Sequence record: DRR723986_5604
DNA: 53,214 bases
Direction: 5' to 3' (one strand)
In this document: positions 27,718 through 37,671 of the stretch, one piece after another
Layout of the letters: the number at the start of each line of letters is the position of its first letter
Numbering within the stretch: position 1 is the first letter of the stretch
The notes under the pieces: model-generated
Database searches by the model: none
The model's input: the letters and a program-made list of their open reading frames with translations, nothing else
Told to the model about the DNA's origin: nothing
Made by a program: the position numbers and the translations under genes

Positions 27718-28212
27718 ATGCGCTTTACCATCCCTCTTCTTTCGATTGCCGCCATTGCACTTGGCGCCTGCGGCGCTGCCGACAGTGAAGTCATCCGTCA
27801 CAAGATTCCAGGATCCGACTTCCCGATCCTTCAGGCAGTTGAAGTGCCCGCTGATGCAACACTGGTCTATCTGAGCGGCGCAGGCCCAGCGGTCACCGAC
27901 GAAACTGCTGAACCGCGAACCCCGGCGGCCTATGGGGATATTACAACCCAGACCGAAACCACTCTGGCGACAATCGAGTCCCGCCTCGCGGGTCTCGGAT
28001 TGACGATGAGCGATGTCATCAAAATGCAGGTCTATATTGTTGCCGCTCCGGGCGAAGACTCGCTGGACTTTGGCGGCTTCATGGAAGGCTACGTGAAGTT
28101 CTTCGGGACGGAAGAGCAACCGAACCTGCCGACCCGCTCGGTGTTCGAGGTCGCCGGTCTCGCCAACCCGGGTTGGCTGATTGAAATCGAAGTTGTTGCA
28201 GTTCGCGACTAG
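27718..28212 (+). CDS. Rid/YjgF family imine deaminase, predicted lipoprotein
   Basis: LGAC lipobox; VYLSG, DVIK, PTRS (catalytic Arg), LIEIE. Confidence 0.9.
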   Translation: MRFTIPLLSIAAIALGACGAADSEVIRHKIPGSDFPILQAVEVPADATLVYLSGAGPAVTDETAEPRTPAAYGDITTQTETTLATIESRLAGLGLTMSDVIKMQVYIVAAPGEDSLDFGGFMEGYVKFFGTEEQPNLPTRSVFEVAGLANPGWLIEIEVVAVRD

Positions 28213-28335
28213 TTTCTAGGTTCCGGCGCTTCTCTGCGCCGGAACGCACTTTCCGGGCTGTGCTTGCCCCTACGCAAATCATTTCCTTCACCGGTAAGGC
28301 ATGTATGATCCCCAAAAATACCATTGGGGAGAGAC

Positions 28336-30039
28336 ATGCACTACGCAGAACTTCTGAAGGCGCGCGAGGAACTGACCGGTCCGGGCGGTGATTTCGAAAT
28401 CACCGAGGCTGAGGTTCTTGGCCACACGCTCCGTGTTTACAAGAATGCCCCGCCGAGCATTCGCGAAGTCTGGCTCGCTACCAGAGATTTCGCTGACCGG
28501 ACCTATATTGTCTATGAAGATGAGCGCCTCACTTATGCTGAAGCACACAAGCAGACGGATGCCATAGCAGCCTGGTTGTTCGATCATGGCGTCCAGCCGG
28601 GCGACCGGGTCGCCGTGGCCATGCGCAACTATCCGGAATGGCTTCTGATTTATTGGGCGTGTGTATCTGTCGGAATCACCGTGGTTGGCATGAACGCTTG
28701 GTGGACTGCCGAGGAAATGGCGTACGCCCTGAAAGATTCCGAACCGAAAGTCCTGTTCCTTGATGCCGAACGGCTCGAACGGATTAAGGGCCGCGATGAC
28801 CTGACCGGCTCAATGAAGGTGGTCGGAGTCCGGATCTCCGACTTGCCGACTAACGTCATACCGTGGAGCGACGTTATCGCCCGTGGTGGCGAGATGCCGG
28901 ATGTCACTGTCGACCCCGACTCTGATGCCTGTATCTTCTATACGTCCGGCACGACCGGTTTCCCCAAGGGGGCCCAGCTGACCCAACGCGGGTGCGTCGC
29001 CAATCTCATGAACATGATGTATGCCGGGGCTTCCACGGCACTTGCGATACAGCGCGCAACCGGCGTCGAACCTCCGGAAGATCCACCTCCGCCCGTGTCC
29101 CTGCTGACGACGCCTCTTTTCCACGTCACCGCCAACAATTGCGGCGCGTACGCCACCACAGCGGCCGGTGGCACGATCATCCTGATGTACCGCTGGGATG
29201 CTGGCGAAGCGCTTAAAATCATCGAGCGCGAGAAAGTTACCAGCCTCGGCGGCGTGCCGGTCATGGGTCGGGAACTGATCAATCACCCTGACTTTGCCAA
29301 GACCGACACCTCCAGCCTTGTCCAGCTTTCGGGTGGTGGGGCACAGGTGCCGCCTGACCTGGTCCACAAGATCGAATCCAGCATCGCGACCGCCCGCCCG
29401 GCCACCGGTTATGGCATGACCGAAACATGCGGAATCATTACTTCTGTTTCGGCGGACTTCTTCGTCGACAAGCCGGACAGCGCCGGACCGGCCATGCCGA
29501 ACTTCGAGGTCAAATGCGTGGATGAGCTTGGTGAAACCGTCGCCCCCGGCGAACTGGGCGAGCTTTGGGTCAAAGGCTCCTCGGTCATCAAGGGTTATAT
29601 CAACCGCCCCGAAGCAACCGCGGAATCGATCACCGATGGATGGCTCCACACCGGCGATATTGCCCGGATCGACAAGGACGGGTTCATCTATATCGTCGAC
29701 CGTAAGAAGGACATGGTCCTTCGCGGCGGCGAAAACGTCTACTGCGCCGAAGTGGAATCTGTCGCCTATACCCACCCTGCGGTGGCCGAGTGTAGTGTGT
29801 TTGGTGTCCCTGACGATCGGCTGGGAGAAGAAGTGGGCATCGCCATCGTCCTGAAGCCAGGCGAAAAGCTGACCGCTGACGAATTCCGGGCCCACTGCGC
29901 AGCCACCATGGCGAAACACAAAGTGCCCCGCTATGTCTGGTTCATCGCGGATGCACTTCCGCGGAATGCCAGTGGCAAGTTCGTGAAACGCGACCTGCGC
30001 GACCGTCTCAGCGCCGAACTCCAGAACGCCGGGCAATAA
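28336..30039 (+). CDS. Acyl-CoA synthetase (class I adenylate-forming enzyme)
   Basis: YTSGTTGFPKG, GYGMTE, WLHTGD, RKKDMVLRGGENV, PRNASGK. Confidence 0.93.
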   Translation: MHYAELLKAREELTGPGGDFEITEAEVLGHTLRVYKNAPPSIREVWLATRDFADRTYIVYEDERLTYAEAHKQTDAIAAWLFDHGVQPGDRVAVAMRNYPEWLLIYWACVSVGITVVGMNAWWTAEEMAYALKDSEPKVLFLDAERLERIKGRDDLTGSMKVVGVRISDLPTNVIPWSDVIARGGEMPDVTVDPDSDACIFYTSGTTGFPKGAQLTQRGCVANLMNMMYAGASTALAIQRATGVEPPEDPPPPVSLLTTPLFHVTANNCGAYATTAAGGTIILMYRWDAGEALKIIEREKVTSLGGVPVMGRELINHPDFAKTDTSSLVQLSGGGAQVPPDLVHKIESSIATARPATGYGMTETCGIITSVSADFFVDKPDSAGPAMPNFEVKCVDELGETVAPGELGELWVKGSSVIKGYINRPEATAESITDGWLHTGDIARIDKDGFIYIVDRKKDMVLRGGENVYCAEVESVAYTHPAVAECSVFGVPDDRLGEEVGIAIVLKPGEKLTADEFRAHCAATMAKHKVPRYVWFIADALPRNASGKFVKRDLRDRLSAELQNAGQ

Positions 30040-30080
30040 ACCTGCACCATTGATCGTGGGGCGGCCTGATCGTGGCCGCC

Positions 30081-31100
30081 CTAGATCAGCTTGTGTCGGA
30101 TTTTCGCCGCCAGCGCATCCAATGCCAGCACCGACAGGAAGATGATCAGCAAGATCGTCGCAACATGGTCGTACTGAAACATGTCGTACCGGCCTTTTAA
30201 CTCCTGCCCGATCCCGCCAGCCCCAACAAGGCCGATCACTGTACCCATACGGATATTGCGATCGAGGATATAGAAGCTCAGTGCGGTATAACTTGGCAAC
30301 ACTTGAGGCAGCACAGCCAAACGCAACACAGCAAAGTCGCCCGCCCCCGTCGCGCGTACGGCATCCTGCGGAACCTTGTCGGCCGCCTCGATCTCCTCAG
30401 CGAAGAACTTGGCCAGGAACCCAACGCTATGTAACGCAAGAGCCAGAATACCTGCGATGGCTCCAAATCCGAACGCCAACACCAGGAAGAGCGCACTGAT
30501 CAGCTCGGGAACAGCACGCAGGAACGAAATGAAACTGCGCGCGATTGCATACAGCGCCGGGTGGGGGGTGAAATTGCGCGCGGCAATCCATGACAATGGC
30601 AGGCTCATCATTACGGCAAACAGGCTGGCCCAAATGGCCATCTCCACCGTTTCCAACATTTTGCCGAGCGTAAAGGTCAGATATCCGGCAGGCTCGACGA
30701 GAAATGTTTTTTCCACAGTCGTCGTTGTCATCTGCATGGTCTCAGGGTCCAGCACAGATTCTTCCACTCGCTCAGTTTCGACACGTGAAAACAGAGGAAG
30801 GCGCGCCGGATCAAAATCGTCGATCAGGGATACCGGTGTACGCTCTGCGATGGCGATCGGGTACATCTGTTGAGTGACGCTGCCGATGCCCCGCCCGATC
30901 TGGGACGATTCCTTCAATCCTACACTTGCCTGAAGAAATTCACCCAATTGGCTGGAAAGCCGGTGCAGTTCCATCCGATGAGCAGAAACGGACAGCAGCA
31001 CGAACGCAACCACAACCGTCAGAACAGTCTTCCAGTCAAAAGCCGGGCGCACGCGCCAATGCGCACCTTCCACACGTCCGGTCACCGCGCTCTCTGACAT
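30081..31100 (-). CDS. phnE: PhnE/PtxC-type ABC permease with N-terminal extension
   Basis: LRAVPEL, KFFAEEIE, LPQVLP, GLVGAGGIG. Confidence 0.88.
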   Translation of the reverse strand: MSESAVTGRVEGAHWRVRPAFDWKTVLTVVVAFVLLSVSAHRMELHRLSSQLGEFLQASVGLKESSQIGRGIGSVTQQMYPIAIAERTPVSLIDDFDPARLPLFSRVETERVEESVLDPETMQMTTTTVEKTFLVEPAGYLTFTLGKMLETVEMAIWASLFAVMMSLPLSWIAARNFTPHPALYAIARSFISFLRAVPELISALFLVLAFGFGAIAGILALALHSVGFLAKFFAEEIEAADKVPQDAVRATGAGDFAVLRLAVLPQVLPSYTALSFYILDRNIRMGTVIGLVGAGGIGQELKGRYDMFQYDHVATILLIIFLSVLALDALAAKIRHKLI

Positions 31101-31101
31101 A

Positions 31102-31914
31102 TCAGGCTACCGCCATGGAAAGAGAAAAGCCTTCACGTTCCGTGCCAAAGATGCGGACAAGCATTTCCTGGCTGAGCTGGCTTGGTGGACCGTCAAATAC
31201 GATCCGCCCCTCACGTAACCCGATGATGCGGTCAGCATAGGCGCGAGAGAGGTTAATCTGGTGCAACGAACAGAGAACTGCTGCGCCCTGCTCCTCTGCG
31301 CACCGGCGGAGCAGCCCCATGACATCCTGCGCCGTCTGGGGATCGAGACTGGCAACCGGTTCGTCTGCCAGGATCAGTTTTGGGAAATTGATCAGAGCAC
31401 GGGCTATGCCGACACGCTGCTTCTGGCCACCGGAAAGACCGCTCACCGGCCGGTTCACATGCCCCTCTTCCAGACCGACGTGCGCGAGCAAACCGCAGGC
31501 TCTATCCTGAACAGACTTTGGATAGGCTTGGAACAACACTCGCCACATTGGCAAATCAGGCACCGTGCCGGCCATGACGTTCTGCGCCGCCGTCAGGCGT
31601 GCTGAAAGGCCAAAATCCTGATGCACCATGCCGACATTGCGGCGTAGGTTGCGCATCGTTTTCGGCGAGAGTTTCACCCCGCCGACATCAATGAATCCCG
31701 CGTCCAGTGGGGTTAGACCGATAACCGAGCGCAGCAGTGTGGTTTTACCGGATCCCGACGCGCCGAGCAGGACACAAAAGCTCCCCGGCTCAATCCGCAG
31801 AGACACACCGTCAAGGACAGTTGGGCCGTCCGCAAAGGTCTTGCACGCGGCATCAACCGTCAGAACTGCCTGGGGGCCTATTAGACAGGATCGCGTATGG
31901 TTCATTCGGTTCAA
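31102..31914 (-). CDS. phnC: PhnC-type ABC ATPase
   Basis: GASGSGKTT, LSGGQKQRVGIARA, ADEPVASLDP, SLHQ; start may be 31905. Confidence 0.9.
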   Translation of the reverse strand: MNRMNHTRSCLIGPQAVLTVDAACKTFADGPTVLDGVSLRIEPGSFCVLLGASGSGKTTLLRSVIGLTPLDAGFIDVGGVKLSPKTMRNLRRNVGMVHQDFGLSARLTAAQNVMAGTVPDLPMWRVLFQAYPKSVQDRACGLLAHVGLEEGHVNRPVSGLSGGQKQRVGIARALINFPKLILADEPVASLDPQTAQDVMGLLRRCAEEQGAAVLCSLHQINLSRAYADRIIGLREGRIVFDGPPSQLSQEMLVRIFGTEREGFSLSMAVA

Positions 31915-32835
31915 TCAGGAGCCGGACTTGAGCAAAATGGCGGCTTGATAGTCGGTGTCGATAAAGCCGATCGTACTTGCCATTGCTTCGAACAGTTCAT
32001 CGGAAGCATCTGTGTTGTAACGATCCACCTGTTTGCCACCATAGCCCCGGATGGACTCTGGCCGGATACCAGGCATCTCATGAACACTCCCAAGAGAAGA
32101 CCTGAGAGAAGCCTTCACAGACGGCGACAATCCTGGATGCATCGCAATAGGAGGATTCGGAATTGGGTCTGACTTAATCAGCAGGCGGAATCCTGACACG
32201 CTAAGGCCACCCTGATTTACCGCCCGCTCAAACGATATGAATGATGCGCCAGCAGCATCGACCAGGCCATTCTGCAGCGCCAGCAGGCTGTTAGCGTGGC
32301 TCCCAGTGATACGAACAGCATCAAGATCCCGAAGCGGATCAACACCGGCTTTCGATAACATCGCCAGCGGGTAGGAAAAGCTGCTTGCCGAGTGCTGTGA
32401 TCCAAGCGCGATGGACTTTCCGATCAGATCATCCGGAGTGTCGATCCCGGAATCCCGGGACACAAAGATACCCGCATAATAGGTCGAACTGCCGTCTCGT
32501 TCTTCAATGGCTAAAAGGTCTGCGCAGCCGCGCTTGTGAGCTTCCACGTAAGACACAGGCCCGAGCCAGGCAATTTCCGCTTGGCCAGCGCACATGCCTT
32601 CGATAACCGCAGAATAGCTCTGCCCGGTCTGGACATCGAAATGGATCCCGCTGGTGCGGGTGAGTGCATTAAACAATGGGAGAAAATCGGCCTGCGTTCC
32701 ATCTTCTGTCCCGCCATCCGCCGGAATTAACAGCACACGGAGCGGATTACCCGCCGCGCCAGTACGTTCGGCACTCGCTGGAAAGGCGGCCAGACAAAAA
32801 CCTATCAGGACGATCAGGAGCAATCCCAGACGCAT
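31915..32835 (-). CDS. phnD: Phosphate/phosphite/phosphonate ABC substrate-binding protein
   Basis: Signal peptide; SYSAVIEGM, GPVSY, SASS..P, GSHANS, SDPIP. Confidence 0.85.
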   Translation of the reverse strand: MRLGLLLIVLIGFCLAAFPASAERTGAAGNPLRVLLIPADGGTEDGTQADFLPLFNALTRTSGIHFDVQTGQSYSAVIEGMCAGQAEIAWLGPVSYVEAHKRGCADLLAIEERDGSSTYYAGIFVSRDSGIDTPDDLIGKSIALGSQHSASSFSYPLAMLSKAGVDPLRDLDAVRITGSHANSLLALQNGLVDAAGASFISFERAVNQGGLSVSGFRLLIKSDPIPNPPIAMHPGLSPSVKASLRSSLGSVHEMPGIRPESIRGYGGKQVDRYNTDASDELFEAMASTIGFIDTDYQAAILLKSGS

Positions 32836-32952
32836 GTCAGACCCCTCTCAATCCAGGCAGCGCCCCCTTGTGCGCTGCAACAATACTCAGGATCTTCGAT
32901 AACAGCCGCTTGTGACATTGGTGTAACGGAGTCAGTGCATTCTTGACCTTTC

Positions 32953-32967
32953 TTGAACTAAATTCAA
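32953..32967. promoter_or_regulatory. TTGAA-N5-TTCAA palindrome (putative RpiR operator)
   Basis: ttgaa ctaaa ttcaa in the phnD/rpiR divergent gap; related copies at 34704-34718 and 34752-34766. Confidence 0.5.
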
Positions 32968-32998
32968 TTAGTGTGATATGAACCTTAGGAAGCGATCA

Positions 32999-33901
32999 AT
33001 GTCCGAGAGCAAACCCAAACGCAAAGCCACAACCAAAAAGCGCGGCGACGTTCCAATCGTCGACAATGTGATGACCCGCATTCGGGTGCGTCATGCGTCT
33101 CTCGGCCCAAGCACCCGCTCCATAGCTGATTTCATCCTGGAGAATCCCCGCCAAGTGGTGGGCATGTCCGTCACTGAACTTGCCGAAGCAACAGGCGCCA
33201 GTGACGGGAGCGTCATCAACCTGTGCCGTCAGCTGGATCTGTCCGGCTTTCAGCAACTAAAACTCAGCCTGGCCCAGGAAGTCGTCCAACCGGTCCAGTT
33301 CATCCATGAAGACCTTCGCCCCTCGGACACAACACCGACCGTATGCCGGAAAACTTTCCACGCTGGTATTCAGGCCCTGCGCGACACGCTCTCCATTCTG
33401 GATGCCGATGCTGTCGACGAAGCTGTCCGCATTATCCGCGCGGCCGATCGTGTAGAAATATATGGCATTGGCTCCTCCGCCCCCATTGCAGAGGACGCGC
33501 AGTATCGCATGCTGCGGATCGGCATTGATGCCAAAGTCGTCGTGGACAGCCACATACAGGCGATCAGCGCGTCTCGTACGGGCCCGAAAGTGGCCGTGCT
33601 GACCATATCTCACTCAGGCGCGACGCACGAAACACTTGCGGCAACACGCCTCGCCAAAGAGGCCGGCGCCAAGACAATCATCGTCACGAACTTCTCCAGT
33701 TCGCCCCTGCAAGCCTATGCAGACGTGAAACTTTTCACCATGGCCCGCGAGACCAAGTTCCGGACTGAGGCCATGACCAGCCGTATTGCACAGCTTTGCG
33801 TGCTCGACGCTCTGATCGCGGCGCTCGCTCTTGCCGATTATGACCGTGCGACCGATACGCTTCGGAAAACATTCGATGTTTTGTCCCTGAAGCGCTTCTA
33901 G
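32999..33901 (+). CDS. MurR/RpiR family regulator (HTH plus SIS)
   Basis: IADFIL..ELA..SDGSVINLCRQL..GFQQLK; YGIGSS, ISHSGAT, SRIAQL. Confidence 0.93.
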   Translation: MSESKPKRKATTKKRGDVPIVDNVMTRIRVRHASLGPSTRSIADFILENPRQVVGMSVTELAEATGASDGSVINLCRQLDLSGFQQLKLSLAQEVVQPVQFIHEDLRPSDTTPTVCRKTFHAGIQALRDTLSILDADAVDEAVRIIRAADRVEIYGIGSSAPIAEDAQYRMLRIGIDAKVVVDSHIQAISASRTGPKVAVLTISHSGATHETLAATRLAKEAGAKTIIVTNFSSSPLQAYADVKLFTMARETKFRTEAMTSRIAQLCVLDALIAALALADYDRATDTLRKTFDVLSLKRF

Positions 33902-34674
33902 AAACTGACTTCCCGAGCCAAGGCCTCAAGAACACCCGGCTCTTCCGCACGAACCATCAGGGAATGCATGCCTAATCCCTGCGCCCCCGCCAGATCGGTG
34001 GCGGGATTATCTCCCAGCATGACAACCATCTCGGGTGAGAGATCAAGCGCACAGCAAGCTTTCAGATAAAGCCCAGGCTTCGGCTTTCCTACGACCTCCA
34101 TATCCACGGCATCGAGATTGACGCACGATCCGAGTGCGGACAGGAGCGCACCCGTCTCCGGCTTGATCCGCCCCTCGGCGCCAGGGTGCGTGAGATCCGG
34201 GTTCGCAACGATCAGTCGCGCACCCTTTCGGAGCGCGTTCGCAGCGCGCTCAAGTCGGCTGTAGCTAAACCGAGTATCCCGTAGCAGGACAACCACATCC
34301 GCCTCATCCCGATTCAGCCGAATGCCAATATTGCGAGCGACAGCCCGCATACGCGGATGCGCCAGAACCATGACATCGACCAGCCCCGCCTTGGACGCGC
34401 GATCGATTGCCTCGATCCCCGCCAGGACGATTTGCTCACGCTGCATGGTAATGCCTGAATTGGAAAGTATCTCCAAGAAGTCATCCACGGTATTGGTGGA
34501 ATTATTCGATACGATGGCTGCCCGGGTCTGGTGCGCCCGCAGAAAAGCGGCGGCTGACTCGGTCAATTGATTGTCGATGGCACAGCAACCATCCCAATCG
34601 ATAAGGAAACCTCTGGCCGACTGCGCGACGTGCGCGATCTCGGCCGATGAGGCGGGCAAAAAGCCATGCGCCAT
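33898..34674 (-). CDS. HAD-IIA (NagD-like) phosphatase
   Basis: IDWDGC, VSNNS, NPD, VGKP, GDNPATD. Confidence 0.88.
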   Translation of the reverse strand: MAHGFLPASSAEIAHVAQSARGFLIDWDGCCAIDNQLTESAAAFLRAHQTRAAIVSNNSTNTVDDFLEILSNSGITMQREQIVLAGIEAIDRASKAGLVDVMVLAHPRMRAVARNIGIRLNRDEADVVVLLRDTRFSYSRLERAANALRKGARLIVANPDLTHPGAEGRIKPETGALLSALGSCVNLDAVDMEVVGKPKPGLYLKACCALDLSPEMVVMLGDNPATDLAGAQGLGMHSLMVRAEEPGVLEALAREVSF

Positions 34675-34703
34675 GCAATTCACTCCAGAACTCAATCCGA
34701 TAT

Positions 34704-34766
34704 TTGAATTTTCCTCAATTACAAACCAAGCACAATGTAAATACTATTCATACCAATTTTATTCAA
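34704..34766. promoter_or_regulatory. AT-rich divergent promoter with imperfect TTGAA-N5-TTCAA copies
   Basis: ttgaa ttttc ctcaa (34704) and accaa tttta ttcaa (34752). Confidence 0.4.
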
Positions 34767-34887
34767 AGTTCACAGAAGTGTTGCGATGGCTGTCTAGATC
34801 GGCGGCGTGGCGAGTGCGGTCAACCGGCCGCCCGCGCCCGGCTCGTCGATGTCCGGCGGGTGATGGGGTTATTTGGAGACACCAGCC

Positions 34888-37557
34888 ATGAAACAGAAAC
34901 TGAAAAGCAGCGTAAAATTCTGCTTGAGCGCACTGATGGCGACGAGCGTCATTCAGGTTGCGATTGCCGAACCGGAGCCGGATGGGGGTGATACACGCCG
35001 GCTCGAAACAATTCGCGTCGAAGGCCAGGCCGTCGATGCTCTGACGTCTGATATTGCTGTCGACTTCGCCGAATTTGGTACCCAGGTCCAGCTGATCAGC
35101 TCTGATGAGATAGAAACCGGCGGTTTCACCAATTTCGGCGAACTCGCGTCCGGCCTGATCCGCGGTGCTAACATTGGCTATTCGCCGGACGAAGGTGAGT
35201 TTACTATCCGCATCGATGGCGGCACCGACCGGGACACGCTGCTTCTGGTGGATGGCGTCCCCTATTTCGACCGGTCTTCGCCGCTGGAAGACCTCTGGCC
35301 GGCGACCGCCATTGATCCTCGCATGATCGATAGCGTGGAAGTCTACCGCGGCGGCAACAGCCTTTACTTCGGCTCAAATGGCGGCCTCGGCGTTGTCAGC
35401 GTTCGCACCAAGGAGCCCGATGGCACCACCAAAGGTCAGTTCGGTGTATATGCAGGCGCCTTCAAGACGCGCGAAATCTACGGAAACATGTCATTGCCGC
35501 TCGACAAGGATGGCAAGCACTCCATCCTTGTGTTCGGCCGCTCCTATGAAACGGATGCCCACGAGCTGTTCAGCAAAGAAGCTTATGGAGACAACGTCCT
35601 CGCCCTCGGCGGACGTCACGAGTTCCCTTACAGCTACAACAGCCTGGGCCTGAAGTATCTCTGGCAGATCGGACCGGACACGGAGTTCCGCGCTGGCGCG
35701 ACTTACTCGACCATCGACTTCCGCGATTCCTTTCCGCAAAGCACGGTGTTCCAGCCTAACTTTACGGAATTCCCGATCTACAACGCAGCCTTCAAGCACC
35801 GCTTTAACGACAAGCTCAAGATCAATCTGGAAGCGCACTACCAGGATCCGCAGCTGAAGAACAACGAGATCGACGCCCGCATCTGTCAGATCCCGCGTCT
35901 TGGCGACCTGCCATCCGACATCCAGGCAATTGCAGCAGATCAGGGCATCACGGGCTTCTCGACTGCCGCAGCTTTTGAAGCCTTTGCTGCATCAGTACCG
36001 GGCCTGCCAGCCGGCTGTGTGACCAACCCCTACGGCAGCGCCGGCAGTGCGGGTGATGACAACTGGAACGGTGGCAGCAGCTACTACATCAACCAGGATC
36101 CTGACAGCCCGTTCTACGGCCAGCCCTACGGTACGATCGAAAACCCGTTCCCGATTGGCGCCCCTATCGGCTATGTCGTCCAGTCCACTGCGTCCTTCGG
36201 TGACGGCGGTCTGACCAAGGGTTTTGGCACCACTGACCAACGTGAATCCGGTTATGTCGACTATGGATTCAACGCCCGGGCCACCTACACGCTCAATGAC
36301 TATGTCGAGATTGTCGCCGGTGTTCAGAACACCAGTTACAAGGACAATTCAGACGACTCGTTCGGCGTGCGTGACGTGAAACTGACCAGCACGGGTGTCT
36401 ATGGCGACCTGCGCCTGTCGCTTCCGGTTCTGGATGGTTTCAGCGGTTCGTTCGCGGCTCGCCAGGATTTCAATGACAATTTCGACGACCAGTCTGTCTG
36501 GAAAGTCGGCCTGCGCCAGAACTTCGGCTACGGCCTCTATGCTCGCGGCTCGGGCGGCACATCCTACAGCCTTCCGAAGATTGACGAGATTGGTGCGTTC
36601 GGTGCCGGTGCAAACATCAACCCCGGCCTGCAGCCGCAGGAAGTCGACGCGTTCAACGTGGGTGCCGGTATCGACGGTGACATCTTCGGCGGAACGTACA
36701 ACGTCGAAGTCGGCTACTTCGAAACAGACATCAAGAACCTGTTCTCCAGCCGTGCTGTCGGCGCTGTCTGCCTCGAATACGCCAACGATCTGACAAATCC
36801 GCTGTTCGATAACCTGACCAACGACACGGCCGCTATCGAACAAAACCGTCGGAACATCATCGCGCCGGATGACTTCTGCTCTACCGCAGCCAACGGTCTT
36901 TCCGATCCGGGTGAAACGGTCGCCGTCAATGCTCTGGCCAATCAGGATATCAGGGGCTTCACCATCGACGTCGCGTTCGACTTCGATAAATGGCAGGCAG
37001 ACTTCAGCTACACCGACATGGAATCGCTGGAGCCAAACCCGGTCTACGGCACTCTGGCTCGTCTGGATGGCACATCGAGCAATCTTGACTTTGTGATCCC
37101 GGGTGCTGCGGGCAATTCAGAGCTCCGTCAGTCTTCGGAACGTCCTGAATGGACCCTGTCGGGCCTTGTCACCTACACGCCGAATGAAAACTGGGTGTTC
37201 TCACTGAACCCGCGTTGGCAGGGGCCTGAATGGGCTTATGCTGGGACCAGCCTGGCCCGCCTTGTCGACACCGATGGAAATCGTGTTGTCGAGGACATGA
37301 ACTTCGGTGACTACTTCGTCCTGAACGGTTCGGTTCAATACTTCATGGGTGATGAGAAGCAGCACCGCTTCCTGATCCGTGGCGTGAACCTGCTTGGCGA
37401 AGATTATTTTGAGCGCGCATCCGGTGGGTCCACCTATACCCGTGACCGGGCAGTTGTCCGAGGCGAGATCGGCCCGAACGATAGCGCTTACTACAGGCAG
37501 TATGGCTGGAACGGCAAACCGCGGTCCTTCTGGATCCAGTACGAATACTCGTTCTAA
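34888..37557 (+). CDS. TonB-dependent receptor
   Basis: ETIRVEG TonB-box, LLLVDGVP, IDSVEVYRGGNSLYFG, NPGLQPQ, C-terminal YEYSF. Confidence 0.93.
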   Translation: MKQKLKSSVKFCLSALMATSVIQVAIAEPEPDGGDTRRLETIRVEGQAVDALTSDIAVDFAEFGTQVQLISSDEIETGGFTNFGELASGLIRGANIGYSPDEGEFTIRIDGGTDRDTLLLVDGVPYFDRSSPLEDLWPATAIDPRMIDSVEVYRGGNSLYFGSNGGLGVVSVRTKEPDGTTKGQFGVYAGAFKTREIYGNMSLPLDKDGKHSILVFGRSYETDAHELFSKEAYGDNVLALGGRHEFPYSYNSLGLKYLWQIGPDTEFRAGATYSTIDFRDSFPQSTVFQPNFTEFPIYNAAFKHRFNDKLKINLEAHYQDPQLKNNEIDARICQIPRLGDLPSDIQAIAADQGITGFSTAAAFEAFAASVPGLPAGCVTNPYGSAGSAGDDNWNGGSSYYINQDPDSPFYGQPYGTIENPFPIGAPIGYVVQSTASFGDGGLTKGFGTTDQRESGYVDYGFNARATYTLNDYVEIVAGVQNTSYKDNSDDSFGVRDVKLTSTGVYGDLRLSLPVLDGFSGSFAARQDFNDNFDDQSVWKVGLRQNFGYGLYARGSGGTSYSLPKIDEIGAFGAGANINPGLQPQEVDAFNVGAGIDGDIFGGTYNVEVGYFETDIKNLFSSRAVGAVCLEYANDLTNPLFDNLTNDTAAIEQNRRNIIAPDDFCSTAANGLSDPGETVAVNALANQDIRGFTIDVAFDFDKWQADFSYTDMESLEPNPVYGTLARLDGTSSNLDFVIPGAAGNSELRQSSERPEWTLSGLVTYTPNENWVFSLNPRWQGPEWAYAGTSLARLVDTDGNRVVEDMNFGDYFVLNGSVQYFMGDEKQHRFLIRGVNLLGEDYFERASGGSTYTRDRAVVRGEIGPNDSAYYRQYGWNGKPRSFWIQYEYSF

Positions 37558-37567
37558 CCACACTCAG

Positions 37568-37599
37568 GACCCGGCCAGTCTTTCCCCGCTGGCCGGGTC
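37568..37599 (+). terminator. 11-bp stem after the TBDR
   Basis: gacccggccag ... ctggccgggtc followed by a T-rich tail. Confidence 0.6.
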
Positions 37600-37671
37600 T
37601 CCCTTGTTTTGGGACGGGTAGAATCAGTTTCCTTTCGCCCCGACCTCACACTGCATTCTCAGAGGTGATCC

